From: a virus
Taxonomy: Duplodnaviria > Heunggongvirae > Uroviricota > Caudoviricetes
Virus record (IMG/VR): IMGVR_UViG_3300032220_000751
DNA: 64,000 nucleotides
Direction: 5' to 3' (one strand)
Part shown: positions 27,965 through 37,970 of the stretch, piece after piece
Layout of the letters: each line of letters opens with the position of its first letter
How positions within the stretch are numbered: the first letter of the stretch is position 1
Position numbers and translations under genes: made by a program
The notes under the pieces: generated by a model
What the model was told of the DNA's origin: nothing
What the model saw: the letters and a program-made list of their open reading frames with translations, nothing else
Database searches by the model: none

Positions 27965-29116
27965 GTGGAACAAAACAACTCTGCTGTTTCTCATCGACCA
28001 CTGCCATTGATCGAAGTCGACGTCAAATGCAATAAAGGACACATCGGCGGTAACTTCATGGCACAGCTGATCGGGCAAGCTCTGACCATTGCCGGGTATA
28101 GCCAAATCAACTTAAGTCCTACGGTCATGGAGGGTGGTGATCTGCTCTCCAACAAACACCACATCCAAGGACTGCGTCAACGCGTTCACGACATTCCAGT
28201 GTTCATCCATAGTCAGATCATAGAGCGTGATCCTTACCTGCCTCTGCCGACTACGGTAGAATCAGAAATGGAGAAGGTCATGAACGCCGCCATGGAGTAC
28301 GCCCACAAGTATTCATTCGTGGGTGATGACTCGATGGTTATTGCCAAGAATCATCTGCAAGAAGTACTGAGTCAATACGGTCAGGAGCTGTATCGCTTAG
28401 GCAAACAACCAGTACATGGTCTTCCTCTGGAGCAAGAACCCAAGTACACCGTGGATGGCAATCACGTCATCAATCGTTCTTCGGGTGAAGCTATTCCACA
28501 TGAAGAACCTGTCTTCATCTTCCGTGGTCGTGACTCTCTGGCGGTAACAGCACTCATGCTGTATGTGACGTACTTCAATGAAGCCACACCGCACTACAAA
28601 GCCATCATGAATCGCATTGATGACTTTAAGAAGTTCGCCAAAGAGTATCCGGATCGCATGAAGATGCCTGACACGGTATTGCAAGCCGGTCCTCTGGAAC
28701 AGCTGACCAAAGAGAACGTCATTGCACATAACGTCAATCTGACCAAGAATACCTTGGCTACATTGGCTAACATCTGGCGAGATGGTGTTAAGCGTGATTC
28801 GCGCATCGTAGCTGGTCTTGAGTACTTGATCGAACGTCTGGATCACATTCATGATGATCGCTGGAAATGGGCAGGTGACGAAGCCGAATATGAACGTATG
28901 CGTTTAGCTGCTTGTGGTATTGCAGCGCTGGGTAATACGGAAGAAGCCGTCAAACAGCGCATCGGTCGTGACCATCAATACTTCTCAGCTAGCTACGATG
29001 ACGTCTGTCGTTCAGTTGACGCTGAGATCAAGTATCGCGATGAAGCCGCAGCGCTCAAAGATGAAAATGAGAAACTGCGTGCCGAGATTGCTCAACTGAA
29101 GAAGTTCAACGGTTAA
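27965..29116 (+). CDS. hypothetical protein (~383 aa) with C-terminal coiled coil
   Basis: GTG 27965 behind AAGGA, directly after the upstream stop; ORF open from 27800; start is uncertain. Confidence 0.5.
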   Translation: MEQNNSAVSHRPLPLIEVDVKCNKGHIGGNFMAQLIGQALTIAGYSQINLSPTVMEGGDLLSNKHHIQGLRQRVHDIPVFIHSQIIERDPYLPLPTTVESEMEKVMNAAMEYAHKYSFVGDDSMVIAKNHLQEVLSQYGQELYRLGKQPVHGLPLEQEPKYTVDGNHVINRSSGEAIPHEEPVFIFRGRDSLAVTALMLYVTYFNEATPHYKAIMNRIDDFKKFAKEYPDRMKMPDTVLQAGPLEQLTKENVIAHNVNLTKNTLATLANIWRDGVKRDSRIVAGLEYLIERLDHIHDDRWKWAGDEAEYERMRLAACGIAALGNTEEAVKQRIGRDHQYFSASYDDVCRSVDAEIKYRDEAAALKDENEKLRAEIAQLKKFNG

Positions 29117-29146
29117 TTAATAACCATCAACCAATAGGAGAATACC

Positions 29147-29458
29147 ATGCCTGAAGTAAGCCCTATCGAAACCCCATTGACCCGTGACAGCATCGACGAT
29201 CTGGACATCCTGATCCGTAACCAGATCAATGCCGTCTTCCTGAATCTCGGCAGCCTGGAACTGGAACTGAGTTCCATCCTGAACTACCAGCCCAATCTCA
29301 AGAGCGATGAGGAAAGCGAGACCGTAGAAGTTAAACGCAATGACGAAAGTGAAAAGCCGTCGTCTGAAATGGTTTCGCGTCTGCGTGTCCGTCTGGAACG
29401 TCTGGAAGAACTGAACGCCGCTATCACCAAGATCAAGACGGGCTCGACCCTGAATTAA
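29147..29458 (+). CDS. hypothetical acidic protein (103 aa)
   Basis: RBS TAGGAG; ORF. Confidence 0.5.
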   Translation: MPEVSPIETPLTRDSIDDLDILIRNQINAVFLNLGSLELELSSILNYQPNLKSDEESETVEVKRNDESEKPSSEMVSRLRVRLERLEELNAAITKIKTGSTLN

Positions 29459-29466
29459 GGAGAGTC

Positions 29467-30087
29467 ATGTCCAGAATCGCTTCTGGGAAATACATTGACT
29501 GTCTGATACAAGCCAGACCCGTAATGGCACGTAAGTCAGACTTACGTGCTGCCCAGCTGAGGAAAGAACAACCTCAGCTGGGTATCGGTGAAGATGAAGA
29601 GATCCTATTTGGTCCAGCTGTACCTTCGTTCATGGATTTTCATGAAGGACCAAATTGGCCTGCGTCCTTTGGTATTGAGGATAGGGATCAACGTCAATTC
29701 TCGGCAGCGACATTCCAAGTCAATCGTCCTAATCCCAAGGACACCATCCGTAGTTTGCATCTGTTTCGTAAACCCACATTAACAGAGATTCTCTTTGATA
29801 ATGAGAAGTTCGCATTGATGCATGCGTCGTCCATGAGAATCGAAGTACCGTTTATCGGTGGTCGGTTGTTAGACAGTACGATGACGCTTTGGCAAGAACT
29901 CTTCATGGATAAAGAGTATCTTTACAAAGGTGAACGATTTACTCTGTCATCTCTGGATTTCGTAACGGAGATCTATGACCAGCGTCAGCGTCATTTCACC
30001 ATGTATGCACGTACTGAGTCCATTGATGTACGTGGGACGTTGTGGGTAGAACGTGAAGACCACAAACTAATCATCAAACCGCTATGA
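29467..30087 (+). CDS. hypothetical protein (206 aa)
   Basis: RBS AAGGAG; ORF. Confidence 0.55.
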   Translation: MSRIASGKYIDCLIQARPVMARKSDLRAAQLRKEQPQLGIGEDEEILFGPAVPSFMDFHEGPNWPASFGIEDRDQRQFSAATFQVNRPNPKDTIRSLHLFRKPTLTEILFDNEKFALMHASSMRIEVPFIGGRLLDSTMTLWQELFMDKEYLYKGERFTLSSLDFVTEIYDQRQRHFTMYARTESIDVRGTLWVEREDHKLIIKPL

Positions 30088-30455
30088 TTAAAATCAAATC
30101 ACTTTACCTAAAGTCAGTTATCGGCACCATTGAAGTGGATATCGAGAATGCTCCTGGTAGTGTCTGTAACAAAGAGGACAAGTTGTGGGTCATTGATTTC
30201 AGTGTAGAAAGACTGATTAAAGATGAGCGCACATTCTGGCAAAAGGTAAAGGGATTCCTCTTTGAAGGTAAACACTTTACTCTGAAGCAATTCATGATGA
30301 CATTCCACGTCCATGGTTGGGCCGACTTCAGAGACAGTACTTTAGACATCAATACCGACGGTGTTGGCAACACGAAGTATCTTCCTGAAGTTGTTGGCTA
30401 CGGTACAGAAGCATGGCGTGTGAGCGTCAAACCAGAACTAATAGGTCAATCATGA
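30084..30455 (+). CDS. hypothetical protein (123 aa)
   Basis: ATGA overlap with upstream gene; ORF. Confidence 0.5.
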   Translation: MIKIKSLYLKSVIGTIEVDIENAPGSVCNKEDKLWVIDFSVERLIKDERTFWQKVKGFLFEGKHFTLKQFMMTFHVHGWADFRDSTLDINTDGVGNTKYLPEVVGYGTEAWRVSVKPELIGQS

Positions 30456-30760
30456 AGCTATTTGTATTTCGTCCTAATGGACACGGTAGTGAGACGTTTA
30501 TGGTTGTGCAAGAAGATGAAGCTGCTGCTCGGACTGCAGTAGATAATCTAATTGCTAAGAACAAGCAAGAATACCAAGAGTACCGACAACGATGCGATAA
30601 GGTGCGAGGTCTACGTGGTACTCGTACTTACATTCCACCTGGTCCTGAGTATCGATATCCTGAGCCAGTGTATGAATTGAATTCTGATGGCTGGGGTACT
30701 GATTACTACGAGATGGAAGTCTACGAACCCGGTCAAGTGGCCACTAACGAGAATTCGTGA
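30452..30760 (+). CDS. hypothetical protein (102 aa)
   Basis: ATGA overlap; ORF open from 30413. Confidence 0.45.
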   Translation: MKLFVFRPNGHGSETFMVVQEDEAAARTAVDNLIAKNKQEYQEYRQRCDKVRGLRGTRTYIPPGPEYRYPEPVYELNSDGWGTDYYEMEVYEPGQVATNENS

Positions 30761-30761
30761 T

Positions 30762-31568
30762 ATGGAAGAACCTAATCCATTTGAGTTATCCCCAGAGCAG
30801 ATCAAGCAGTTTCATGAGGAACTTCCTCGTGTAATGAGTCAGCGGCTTGATCTCGATGAGGTAATAAGGGTACAACGAATTCGTAATGAGAGAAAAATGA
30901 AAGATCCAACATACGCACCGGTGTATGCAGCGCTGTACCCTGAGCTGACAAAGATAGCCCGTAAACACGGCTATGCGATGGCGGTTCATGGAACACTTGC
31001 AAGGGATATGGACTTGATCTGTGTCCCGTGGATGGACCACGCATCCAAACCTGACGATGTGATTGATGAGATTGTCAATTCGTTCCACATCGTTCGTGTG
31101 GGCGGTCTCACCAGACATGCTCACAATCGTGTTGTTCAAACGATCAGCATCGGACATGGTGAATGCTTCCTCGATCTGTCTTTCATGTATCGTTGGAATA
31201 CGATTGATGAAGTCGATGGCATGCAACGTAGTGAACTTGCTGTATGGAATCTGATTGATTTTTGTGGCAAGAACCCAGTCGAAATCAAAGCAGTCGATCA
31301 GAGAGCGTGGGAGCATCTGATGATCTATATCCCTAAAGAAACACTTCTGAAGGGATTGGAGTTCAAGATGAAACATTCGGATGACCCTGAGAAGCTGCAA
31401 AAGGAAATCACCCGTATCACAGGTAAGCAACCGGATACATTAGCATCTGTCGAAGAAGCTGAGTTAAACGGTGGTCAGCCTATTGTTCAAGGTGAGTCAC
31501 ACAAGGTATTTCAACGGGTAGGGGATCCTATTCCAGACCCATCTAATCAAAAGGAAAACAACACATGA
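30762..31568 (+). CDS. hypothetical protein (268 aa), co-translated partner of the SPFH gene
   Basis: ORF; ATGA overlap with the downstream SPFH gene; start uncertain (alternative start at 30687). Confidence 0.5.
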   Translation: MEEPNPFELSPEQIKQFHEELPRVMSQRLDLDEVIRVQRIRNERKMKDPTYAPVYAALYPELTKIARKHGYAMAVHGTLARDMDLICVPWMDHASKPDDVIDEIVNSFHIVRVGGLTRHAHNRVVQTISIGHGECFLDLSFMYRWNTIDEVDGMQRSELAVWNLIDFCGKNPVEIKAVDQRAWEHLMIYIPKETLLKGLEFKMKHSDDPEKLQKEITRITGKQPDTLASVEEAELNGGQPIVQGESHKVFQRVGDPIPDPSNQKENNT

Positions 31569-32458
31569 ACTACGAAGAAATGCAACAGGCTAAAGTCGAT
31601 GCCGCAGAACAGAAACAAAAACAACTTTACCGTCGTATCAAAATAATCGCGGCGGTATTCTTCCTCTTGGTTGTGGGGGTTGTCTTAAATCCGGTGGTGA
31701 TCGTACAGCCGGGTTATCGCGGTGTGGTGACACACATGGGCGCTACCCAAAAGGTTGTCTTGGAAGAAGGCTTGAATTTCGTCATGCCGATCCGTGACTC
31801 CGTACATCAGATTTACGTCGGTATCAAGAAGACTGAAACTGATGGTGAATCGGGTACATCGGATTCCCAGAAAGTCGATGTGAAGGTAGCGATCAATTGG
31901 CACCAACTGCCGAACTCGACACCTTACATCTACAAAGAACTGGGTAATGATGCTGAATCTCGTATTCTCATGCCAGCAATTCTGGATGCGATGAAGGGTG
32001 CTGTTGGTAAGTTCCGTGCAGAAGAATTGATTGTACAGCGTGACGAAGCACGGAACAAGATTACCGAACGTCTGCGCAAGATCGTTAACCCTCATGGTAT
32101 CGAAATTGATGAGACGTCTATCACCAGTCTGTCATTCTCCAAAGCATTCGATAAATCGATCGAAGAGAAGATCGTAGCTGAGCAAAAGAAGAAACAAGCT
32201 GAATTCGATTTGGCTCGTATCGAAGTGGAAGTGCGCCAAGAGTTAGCCAAGGCTACTGGTGTTGCTGCTCAGATGAAAGCTAAGAGTAAGGAAATCACTC
32301 CTGACCTTCTGGCACAGCAAAAGCTGGATAATGAGCGCGCAGCCATTGATAACCAGAAAGACTTCATTGCTAAGTGGGATGGCAAGCTGTCTAATGTTTC
32401 TGGTAGCGGCGGCATGCCGTTCTTTATGACTTTGCCTTCTACTGGCTCTGGTAAATAA
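31565..32458 (+). CDS. SPFH/band-7 (prohibitin/HflK-like) membrane protein
   Basis: N-terminal TM helix IIAAVFFLLVVGVVL, PHB-domain-like core (VQPGYRGVVTHMG...), C-terminal coiled coil; RBS AAGGAAAA. Confidence 0.75.
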   Translation: MNYEEMQQAKVDAAEQKQKQLYRRIKIIAAVFFLLVVGVVLNPVVIVQPGYRGVVTHMGATQKVVLEEGLNFVMPIRDSVHQIYVGIKKTETDGESGTSDSQKVDVKVAINWHQLPNSTPYIYKELGNDAESRILMPAILDAMKGAVGKFRAEELIVQRDEARNKITERLRKIVNPHGIEIDETSITSLSFSKAFDKSIEEKIVAEQKKKQAEFDLARIEVEVRQELAKATGVAAQMKAKSKEITPDLLAQQKLDNERAAIDNQKDFIAKWDGKLSNVSGSGGMPFFMTLPSTGSGK

Positions 32459-32468
32459 CGACATAAGT

Positions 32469-32488
32469 GGAGTGGGTGATCCCACTCC
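32469..32488 (+). terminator. hairpin GGAGTGGG-tgat-CCCACTCC, no clear U-tract
   Basis: 8-bp perfect stem 10 nt after the stop. Confidence 0.4.
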
Positions 32489-32505
32489 ATTAACAAGGAT
32501 AATAA

Positions 32506-33756
32506 ATGGAAGATACTCGCGTTTTAGCACGCATCGTCCGTATCGACGATGTTTTACCTCACCCCAATGCCGACAAGATGCAACTGGGCATCGTCGGTGG
32601 TTGGCAGTGCTGCATCAAACTGGACGAATTTAAGAAGGGCGATCTGGCCTTGTACTGCGAGATCGATTCTCTCTTGCCTGTCTCGGTCCCTGAATTTGCT
32701 TTCCTGGAAGACCGTAAGGAATCCATCAAGGTAGTCAACGAAGTCGTCTACTCCCGTATCAAGACGATCCGGCTGCGTAAGGAACTGTCCCAAGGTCTGT
32801 TGGGTAAGATCCCACGTCAACTGGGTAAAGTAGTTGAAGGTCAAGACGTGACTGAAGCACTTGGCATCATCAAATACGAGAAGAAGCAAACTCGTGTCAG
32901 TGACGGTCCTGAACTGAAACCTGGTCTGATCAAACGCTTCTGCGAATGGCTGAGGAAAGACATCAAGGATGATCTGCTGCTGCCATGGCCTTACTTCATC
33001 AAGAAGACAGAACAAGAGCGCGTTCAGAATCTGCATTCCCAGTACCTCAAAGCAGTTGAGGATGGTGAGACCTTTGAAGAATCGGTGAAGTTAAACGGTG
33101 AATCGTTTACTGCCTTCTTCGTATTCAAAGATGGTGTCCATGGTCACGCTGGTGTTTGCTCACGCAACTATGAGATCCAGACTACTGATGTAGTTTGGAC
33201 CTGGAAGCAATCCTTCCGTTATTGGCTGTCTCGCTTCGTGGGTGGTAACTCTCGTATTCTGCGGACCCGGCACTTTGTCTGGCCTGATTGGCGTACTGGC
33301 GTCAAAGCCGATGATGATCCATTCGTACGCCACTGGAAACGTTTGGATCTGGCTAAGAAGCTGGAAGACTACCAGTACAAGTCAGGTGTACAGATTGCCA
33401 TTCAGGGTGAGTTAGCTGGTCCTGGACATCAGAGCAATAAGGAAGGTCTGGAGACTGCTGACGTCTACGTGTATCAAGTATACGTGATCGATTCTGACTT
33501 CGGTATGAAGATGGGTCTGCTATTACCAGAAGACGCACGTCGGGTGACAGAGGAACTTGGTCTGAAGTACGTTCCTGTTCCTGAGAAGAACGCTAAGCTA
33601 CCACCTACCATCAAGGAAGCCTTGCTGCGTGCGGATGGTCCGGCTTATTTCGATAAGAGCCGCAGTCGTGAAGGTCTGGTCTACAAGAGCAATACCCGTG
33701 ACTTCTCGTTCAAGGTGATTAGTAACAAGTTCTTGGAAAAGAACGAGGACGAATAA
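32506..33756 (+). CDS. ATP-dependent RNA ligase-like nucleotidyltransferase with N-terminal tRNA-binding-type OB domain
   Basis: N-terminus VLPHPNADKMQLGIVGGW resembles the tRNA-binding (Myf-like) OB domain; motif I KLNGES (KxxG as in Rnl2/Rnl5), EGLVYK and FKVISNKF as motifs IV/V. Confidence 0.6.
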   Translation: MEDTRVLARIVRIDDVLPHPNADKMQLGIVGGWQCCIKLDEFKKGDLALYCEIDSLLPVSVPEFAFLEDRKESIKVVNEVVYSRIKTIRLRKELSQGLLGKIPRQLGKVVEGQDVTEALGIIKYEKKQTRVSDGPELKPGLIKRFCEWLRKDIKDDLLLPWPYFIKKTEQERVQNLHSQYLKAVEDGETFEESVKLNGESFTAFFVFKDGVHGHAGVCSRNYEIQTTDVVWTWKQSFRYWLSRFVGGNSRILRTRHFVWPDWRTGVKADDDPFVRHWKRLDLAKKLEDYQYKSGVQIAIQGELAGPGHQSNKEGLETADVYVYQVYVIDSDFGMKMGLLLPEDARRVTEELGLKYVPVPEKNAKLPPTIKEALLRADGPAYFDKSRSREGLVYKSNTRDFSFKVISNKFLEKNEDE

Positions 33757-33770
33757 CCTAGAAAATTGAA

Positions 33771-33796
33771 GACACTTATTATTAAAGTGTAGTAGG
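33771..33796 (+). promoter_or_regulatory. variant of the conserved promoter-like motif (GACACTTATTATTAAAGTGTAGTAGG)
   Basis: Shares TAAAGTGTAG with the 14087 copy; followed by hairpin AGGAGTT...AACTCCT. Confidence 0.3.
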
Positions 33797-33878
33797 AAAC
33801 AGGAGTTGCTTACAGAGAACTCCTGTCGTAGCACCTTTAGGCAACTGTGCCGCTAACTGAGTGATGAAAGGAATGATC

Positions 33879-34556
33879 ATGGAAATGATGAAGATGATGT
33901 TACGCAATACCAATAGTGAACTGATCGTTCACGATGACAATCTGATTACGCTGCGAACCATGCGTGGCGTTATCGTCAGTCAAAACCCTGAAGAGGATTC
34001 CAATCCTCGTGAGGGTAAGTTCTACCGTTTGCTGAAACAGTTGTATCTCAGCGAGTTCTACAAGAACCCGTGGGACAACATGATCTGGTCGGCTCACTAC
34101 AATGCGGACGACGCCATCAAAGATACCTACCTCAGCATCTTGAACGAATACAGCAAGAAGTTCTACGGTACTGATCTGGCGAAGTGGGCAATTCAAAATG
34201 AGTTCGCCTACACGAAGAAAGTAAAAGTCGAAGTGCTGGGCATCAAGCGCGATCTTCGTCTGAAGTATACGTTCAATACTCATGGTGAGACGATGAACAT
34301 CCTCCTGGAGGGATACATTGCTCACAGCACTGAGAAAGACGAGCAAGCTGTTTGGCCGACTGATGAAGTTGGTGCCTCATTCATCCAGTCTGTTTTCGAT
34401 GACAACAATATCGAGTTGACGATGAAGATTAAACCGAAGTCCATTGGTCGTGGCGAGGTTGAAATCCCTACGTTCATCCCTACCTCGGATGACATCATCG
34501 CAGCCAACATGAAGAAGTTGGAAGCGTTCTATCACACCACTGAATTCAAATTCTAA
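33879..34556 (+). CDS. hypothetical protein (~225 aa), Met-rich N-terminus with ambiguous start
   Basis: Several in-frame ATGs between 33864 and 33888; ATG 33879 has the best spacing to AAAGGA. Confidence 0.5.
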   Translation: MEMMKMMLRNTNSELIVHDDNLITLRTMRGVIVSQNPEEDSNPREGKFYRLLKQLYLSEFYKNPWDNMIWSAHYNADDAIKDTYLSILNEYSKKFYGTDLAKWAIQNEFAYTKKVKVEVLGIKRDLRLKYTFNTHGETMNILLEGYIAHSTEKDEQAVWPTDEVGASFIQSVFDDNNIELTMKIKPKSIGRGEVEIPTFIPTSDDIIAANMKKLEAFYHTTEFKF

Positions 34557-34560
34557 TAAA

Positions 34561-34782
34561 ATGAGCAGCCAATATCTCACTCCAGATGACGAAACCGTAA
34601 TCGTTACTACTAGATCAAAAGGTAATATGAACAATCAAGAACTGCTGGCTGTTCTGCGTCAAACAGGTGGCGGGTTCGCTGCCGCTATGATCAACACCAT
34701 CGGTGAATTCGATCAAGAAATTCATCTGGTTCAAGGTTATAGCGGTGAAGATGATCCCGCTAAGAAACCCACTCTGAATTAA
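34561..34782 (+). CDS. hypothetical protein (73 aa)
   Basis: ORF; weak RBS. Confidence 0.4.
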   Translation: MSSQYLTPDDETVIVTTRSKGNMNNQELLAVLRQTGGGFAAAMINTIGEFDQEIHLVQGYSGEDDPAKKPTLN

Positions 34783-34795
34783 TAAGGAGAAGTTC

Positions 34796-35191
34796 ATGTA
34801 TCAAGGTATCATCAATTTTCAAGACATCGAAAAGATGCAGCGTCAGTTCGTAGGACGTTTTGCTCCTCTGAAAGATGCTCCGATCAGTTTCAACTTCGTC
34901 AATTCGTTGGGTCTGTGTGGTCTGTACGGGAAGATCATCAACATGCGCATGATCGACGGTAAAGAAGACGGTCACTTCTTTGTCGATCTGGCTCTGGAAA
35001 CTCCGGTCGATGGCTTCTACACCGTGCACAAGGATATGCTCTGCGTATTCATGCTCGGTGATGATGGCAACAGCACTCATCCGGATGGTGTCTGGGCACT
35101 TTGCTTGGCTGAAGAATACAGTCAGGTTAAGGCACTCCTGGATCAGTATCACGACAGCCTGGAAGCTGGCGACGATTCACCACCACATTGA
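34796..35191 (+). CDS. hypothetical protein (131 aa)
   Basis: RBS TAAGGAGAAG; ORF. Confidence 0.55.
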   Translation: MYQGIINFQDIEKMQRQFVGRFAPLKDAPISFNFVNSLGLCGLYGKIINMRMIDGKEDGHFFVDLALETPVDGFYTVHKDMLCVFMLGDDGNSTHPDGVWALCLAEEYSQVKALLDQYHDSLEAGDDSPPH

Positions 35192-35203
35192 TAAGGACTC
35201 ATC

Positions 35204-35953
35204 ATGCCTCGGGAAATTACTGAGATGGAAGGATGGGTAGATATGGAGGTGCGTCTGCGCATCTTCCCGTTCTACTACAAGAAGAAGCTCGAACAGTTGT
35301 ACAAGGACGGTAAGGTCAAGAAGGAAGAAGACTTCGCTGTCGTCAAAGAACTGATGCGCGTACTGGATGGGTTCGGTGTCCCCTTCTATGGTGGTGACTT
35401 CGAGATGATCAAGGGTCAGTGGCCCGAGGCTGAAGTACAGTTCTCTGAGATGTTGGAACCATCTGCACGTTTGAAGTATCTGACTCCAGAACAGCGCAAG
35501 CAGTTAGAGGACGTCATGGGTGACTGTAATCCAGAGAACAACACCGTCTGGGATAACATCCTGAGGGCACTGGAAGTAGCGCGTCAACTGGATCAGTGGG
35601 GTATTCCTCACCATGAATTCCCGCCACCGAAGAGTGACATGGACTGGATGATGCAGGAAATGAAGACGTATCGTCCTTATTACTCTGTACCTTACCATGA
35701 AATGATCACTAAGCAATGGCAGAAAGGTCTCTCAACTCAGCAGCAGATCGATTGTCTATTCCCACATGAGAAGGAGATCTTGGCTCCTGAACTGATCGCC
35801 TACATCGAAGCCAACACCCCTGAGAAGCGATGGAATTGTGAGAAAGCATTGGAGCGAGCCATGAAGGTGTTGGGTGTTCCCAGTACGGTCAGTGAACTCA
35901 ATTCCCGTAATGCATTCAAAGATCGTATTTTGGCTGTTATCGAAAAGGAGTAA
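35204..35953 (+). CDS. hypothetical protein (249 aa)
   Basis: RBS AAGGA; ORF. Confidence 0.55.
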   Translation: MPREITEMEGWVDMEVRLRIFPFYYKKKLEQLYKDGKVKKEEDFAVVKELMRVLDGFGVPFYGGDFEMIKGQWPEAEVQFSEMLEPSARLKYLTPEQRKQLEDVMGDCNPENNTVWDNILRALEVARQLDQWGIPHHEFPPPKSDMDWMMQEMKTYRPYYSVPYHEMITKQWQKGLSTQQQIDCLFPHEKEILAPELIAYIEANTPEKRWNCEKALERAMKVLGVPSTVSELNSRNAFKDRILAVIEKE

Positions 35954-35956
35954 TTG

Positions 35957-36529
35957 ATGGCGAACTTCACCAAGGTGAGGGAGGGTGTCTACATCGTCCG
36001 TACACAGGCTGGCTTCAGACGAGCCTTTAAGGACTGGGATGGTGGTAGCTCAGATAACCTGAGTGAATCATTACGTCGTATGTCCGGATATCCAAAGTCG
36101 TACCCGTCCTTGGTGATGTTTTCCTATGGCGGGCGTGACTGGGATCCATACCCGGTATGTACAGACGTGCACGTCAACGTGTTGCAAGGAGCGATTGTTG
36201 AATCTGAGCAACAACAGCGTATTAAGTTAGGATTACCTGTGGAAAAGACCAAAGAAGAATTAGCAGCTGAAGTACATCAGTTGCGCAAAGAGAATCAACT
36301 GATGCATTATCGCATGGCTGCGCTGGAACTCAAAGCCAAGCAGTACAAGATGCATTATGAGTCCGCTAACAAGGCTCGTCTGAAAGCAGATGATTTCCGG
36401 GCAGAGACATGGTCTGGATTGAATGCGTCCGTGGACAAAGCCTATAGCGAAATCAAGAATGATCCGAGTATGCTGAGCGCGACCTTTGTTGAACTGAAAG
36501 AACGTATCGTTTCGTTGTTTAGCAAGTGA
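35957..36529 (+). CDS. hypothetical protein (190 aa) with coiled-coil segment
   Basis: ATG 35957 behind AAAAGGAG (the ORF opens at TTG 35954). Confidence 0.55.
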   Translation: MANFTKVREGVYIVRTQAGFRRAFKDWDGGSSDNLSESLRRMSGYPKSYPSLVMFSYGGRDWDPYPVCTDVHVNVLQGAIVESEQQQRIKLGLPVEKTKEELAAEVHQLRKENQLMHYRMAALELKAKQYKMHYESANKARLKADDFRAETWSGLNASVDKAYSEIKNDPSMLSATFVELKERIVSLFSK

Positions 36530-36534
36530 TTATT

Positions 36535-36580
36535 GGGAGAGGGCTTAGGCTCTCTCCCTTTATGCCTTCTTATTTTTACT
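36535..36580 (+). terminator. rho-independent terminator
   Basis: GGGAGAGGGC-ttag-GCTCTCTCCC (1 mismatch) then TTTATGCCTTCTTATTTTT. Confidence 0.8.
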
Positions 36581-36613
36581 GTACTGTTCTATTGGATGTA
36601 GCTATTAACTAAC

Positions 36614-37630
36614 ATGGAAATGAACATGAACAAAGTCGCCCTGAAAGAACTCCTGCTGGAAAAGATCGAAGATGAAGAATACGTAGCTTCGATCTGGAGA
36701 GGTATCCCTAACAATGTCGCCGATACCCAGCAGCTGGGGATGGCTTTGGTTACTGCAATCAACGACACCCGTAAACTCACGGGTAAGAAAGAGATGATCG
36801 AACTGACAGAACTGGACTTTGAGTTCCAGTACCTGCTGGCAGTTCATAAGCTGGGTAGCCACAGCGTCATCCTGAACGCACATCACCAATCTGAAAAGGT
36901 GGAGGGTTCCATTGAAGTTTCTTTCATGAAAAATGGTCATGTCATCCGTGTGTCTGAAACGCCGGAAGAGATCCGTGCCAGTATGGCTGAGATCGCTGTC
37001 GATCCGAATGCATCGGCAGACGAACGTTTAGCCGCTCAAGCTGTTGAACTGGGGAAAGATCAGGTTGAGAACCTGTCTCAAGCACTGGCCGCTACCCAAG
37101 CCAAACTGAACGATCTGCAGATGCTCCATGATGACGTCATGAACCGTCTGACTGGTCGTGATCTGACGATTGTGGTGCATGGTGGTTCTGATGAGCATAA
37201 CAGCATCATCACCAACTACATCGTCAAAAACATCGTCGACCAGATGTTCATCGAAGAAGATGGCGTTCGCCGTCTGAAGCCTGAAATCTTTGATACCGAA
37301 GATGTTACCACTGGTGAAGACCTTCGCTACGTGATCGGCGAACTGATTCTGGTACACCCGCACTTGAAGACTATTCAGCTGCGTGAACTGTACACTGCAG
37401 TGGTTCAGGCTATCAGTAACATGAACGTTTTGCAGAGCGCTGCAAGTGATCTGGGTATCCGTCTGATGGATGAGAGCGGTGCACCGTCTGGTGAACCACA
37501 AGCCGAACGTCTGGGCAGGCTTTGCGCCGACGTCATGAGCGTGACTGCTTTCGTACTGGCTGAAGGTTTGGAAGTAGCACTGATCGACAATCGCGACATT
37601 AACCGTGAAGAGGTGAATGATGCCAACTGA
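36614..37630 (+). CDS. hypothetical protein (338 aa)
   Basis: Long ORF; no clear SD. Confidence 0.55.
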   Translation: MEMNMNKVALKELLLEKIEDEEYVASIWRGIPNNVADTQQLGMALVTAINDTRKLTGKKEMIELTELDFEFQYLLAVHKLGSHSVILNAHHQSEKVEGSIEVSFMKNGHVIRVSETPEEIRASMAEIAVDPNASADERLAAQAVELGKDQVENLSQALAATQAKLNDLQMLHDDVMNRLTGRDLTIVVHGGSDEHNSIITNYIVKNIVDQMFIEEDGVRRLKPEIFDTEDVTTGEDLRYVIGELILVHPHLKTIQLRELYTAVVQAISNMNVLQSAASDLGIRLMDESGAPSGEPQAERLGRLCADVMSVTAFVLAEGLEVALIDNRDINREEVNDAN

Positions 37631-37970
37631 AGGTGAGCACGTAGATAAACCGGTGGATGATAGATATTATCAGGCCAGACCGACGTTCTATTCCGGCATT
37701 GTCAATGAACGGACATCGGACGCCATGACCAGTCTGAAGTGTAATCTCATTGTCGCATTGATAAATGCTGGTGTTGTCGATGCGCGTGTTGGTATGGAAC
37801 CCTGTGAACTGAGCATCATTTTGAATGATACTCGTGTACGGGTTGAGATGAACAACTGGGGAATGAAGTCGACCTTTGAGATCGATATCAGTGAGCAGAC
37901 CAAAGTGGCAGCGGCAAGAAGCGGCTCTATGGTCGATTCCCTCTCAATAGCTGCGATGAAATGTACCTAA
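37617..37970 (+). CDS. hypothetical protein (117 aa)
   Basis: ATGATG start overlapping the upstream gene end; ORF. Confidence 0.5.
   Translation: MMPTEGEHVDKPVDDRYYQARPTFYSGIVNERTSDAMTSLKCNLIVALINAGVVDARVGMEPCELSIILNDTRVRVEMNNWGMKSTFEIDISEQTKVAAARSGSMVDSLSIAAMKCT

Noticed and set aside
30762-31568. Minimal nucleotidyltransferase (GS...D.D) motif in HGTLARDMDLICV
   Set aside because: Spacing between the Gly and the acidic pair is too short for the Pol-beta NTase signature.
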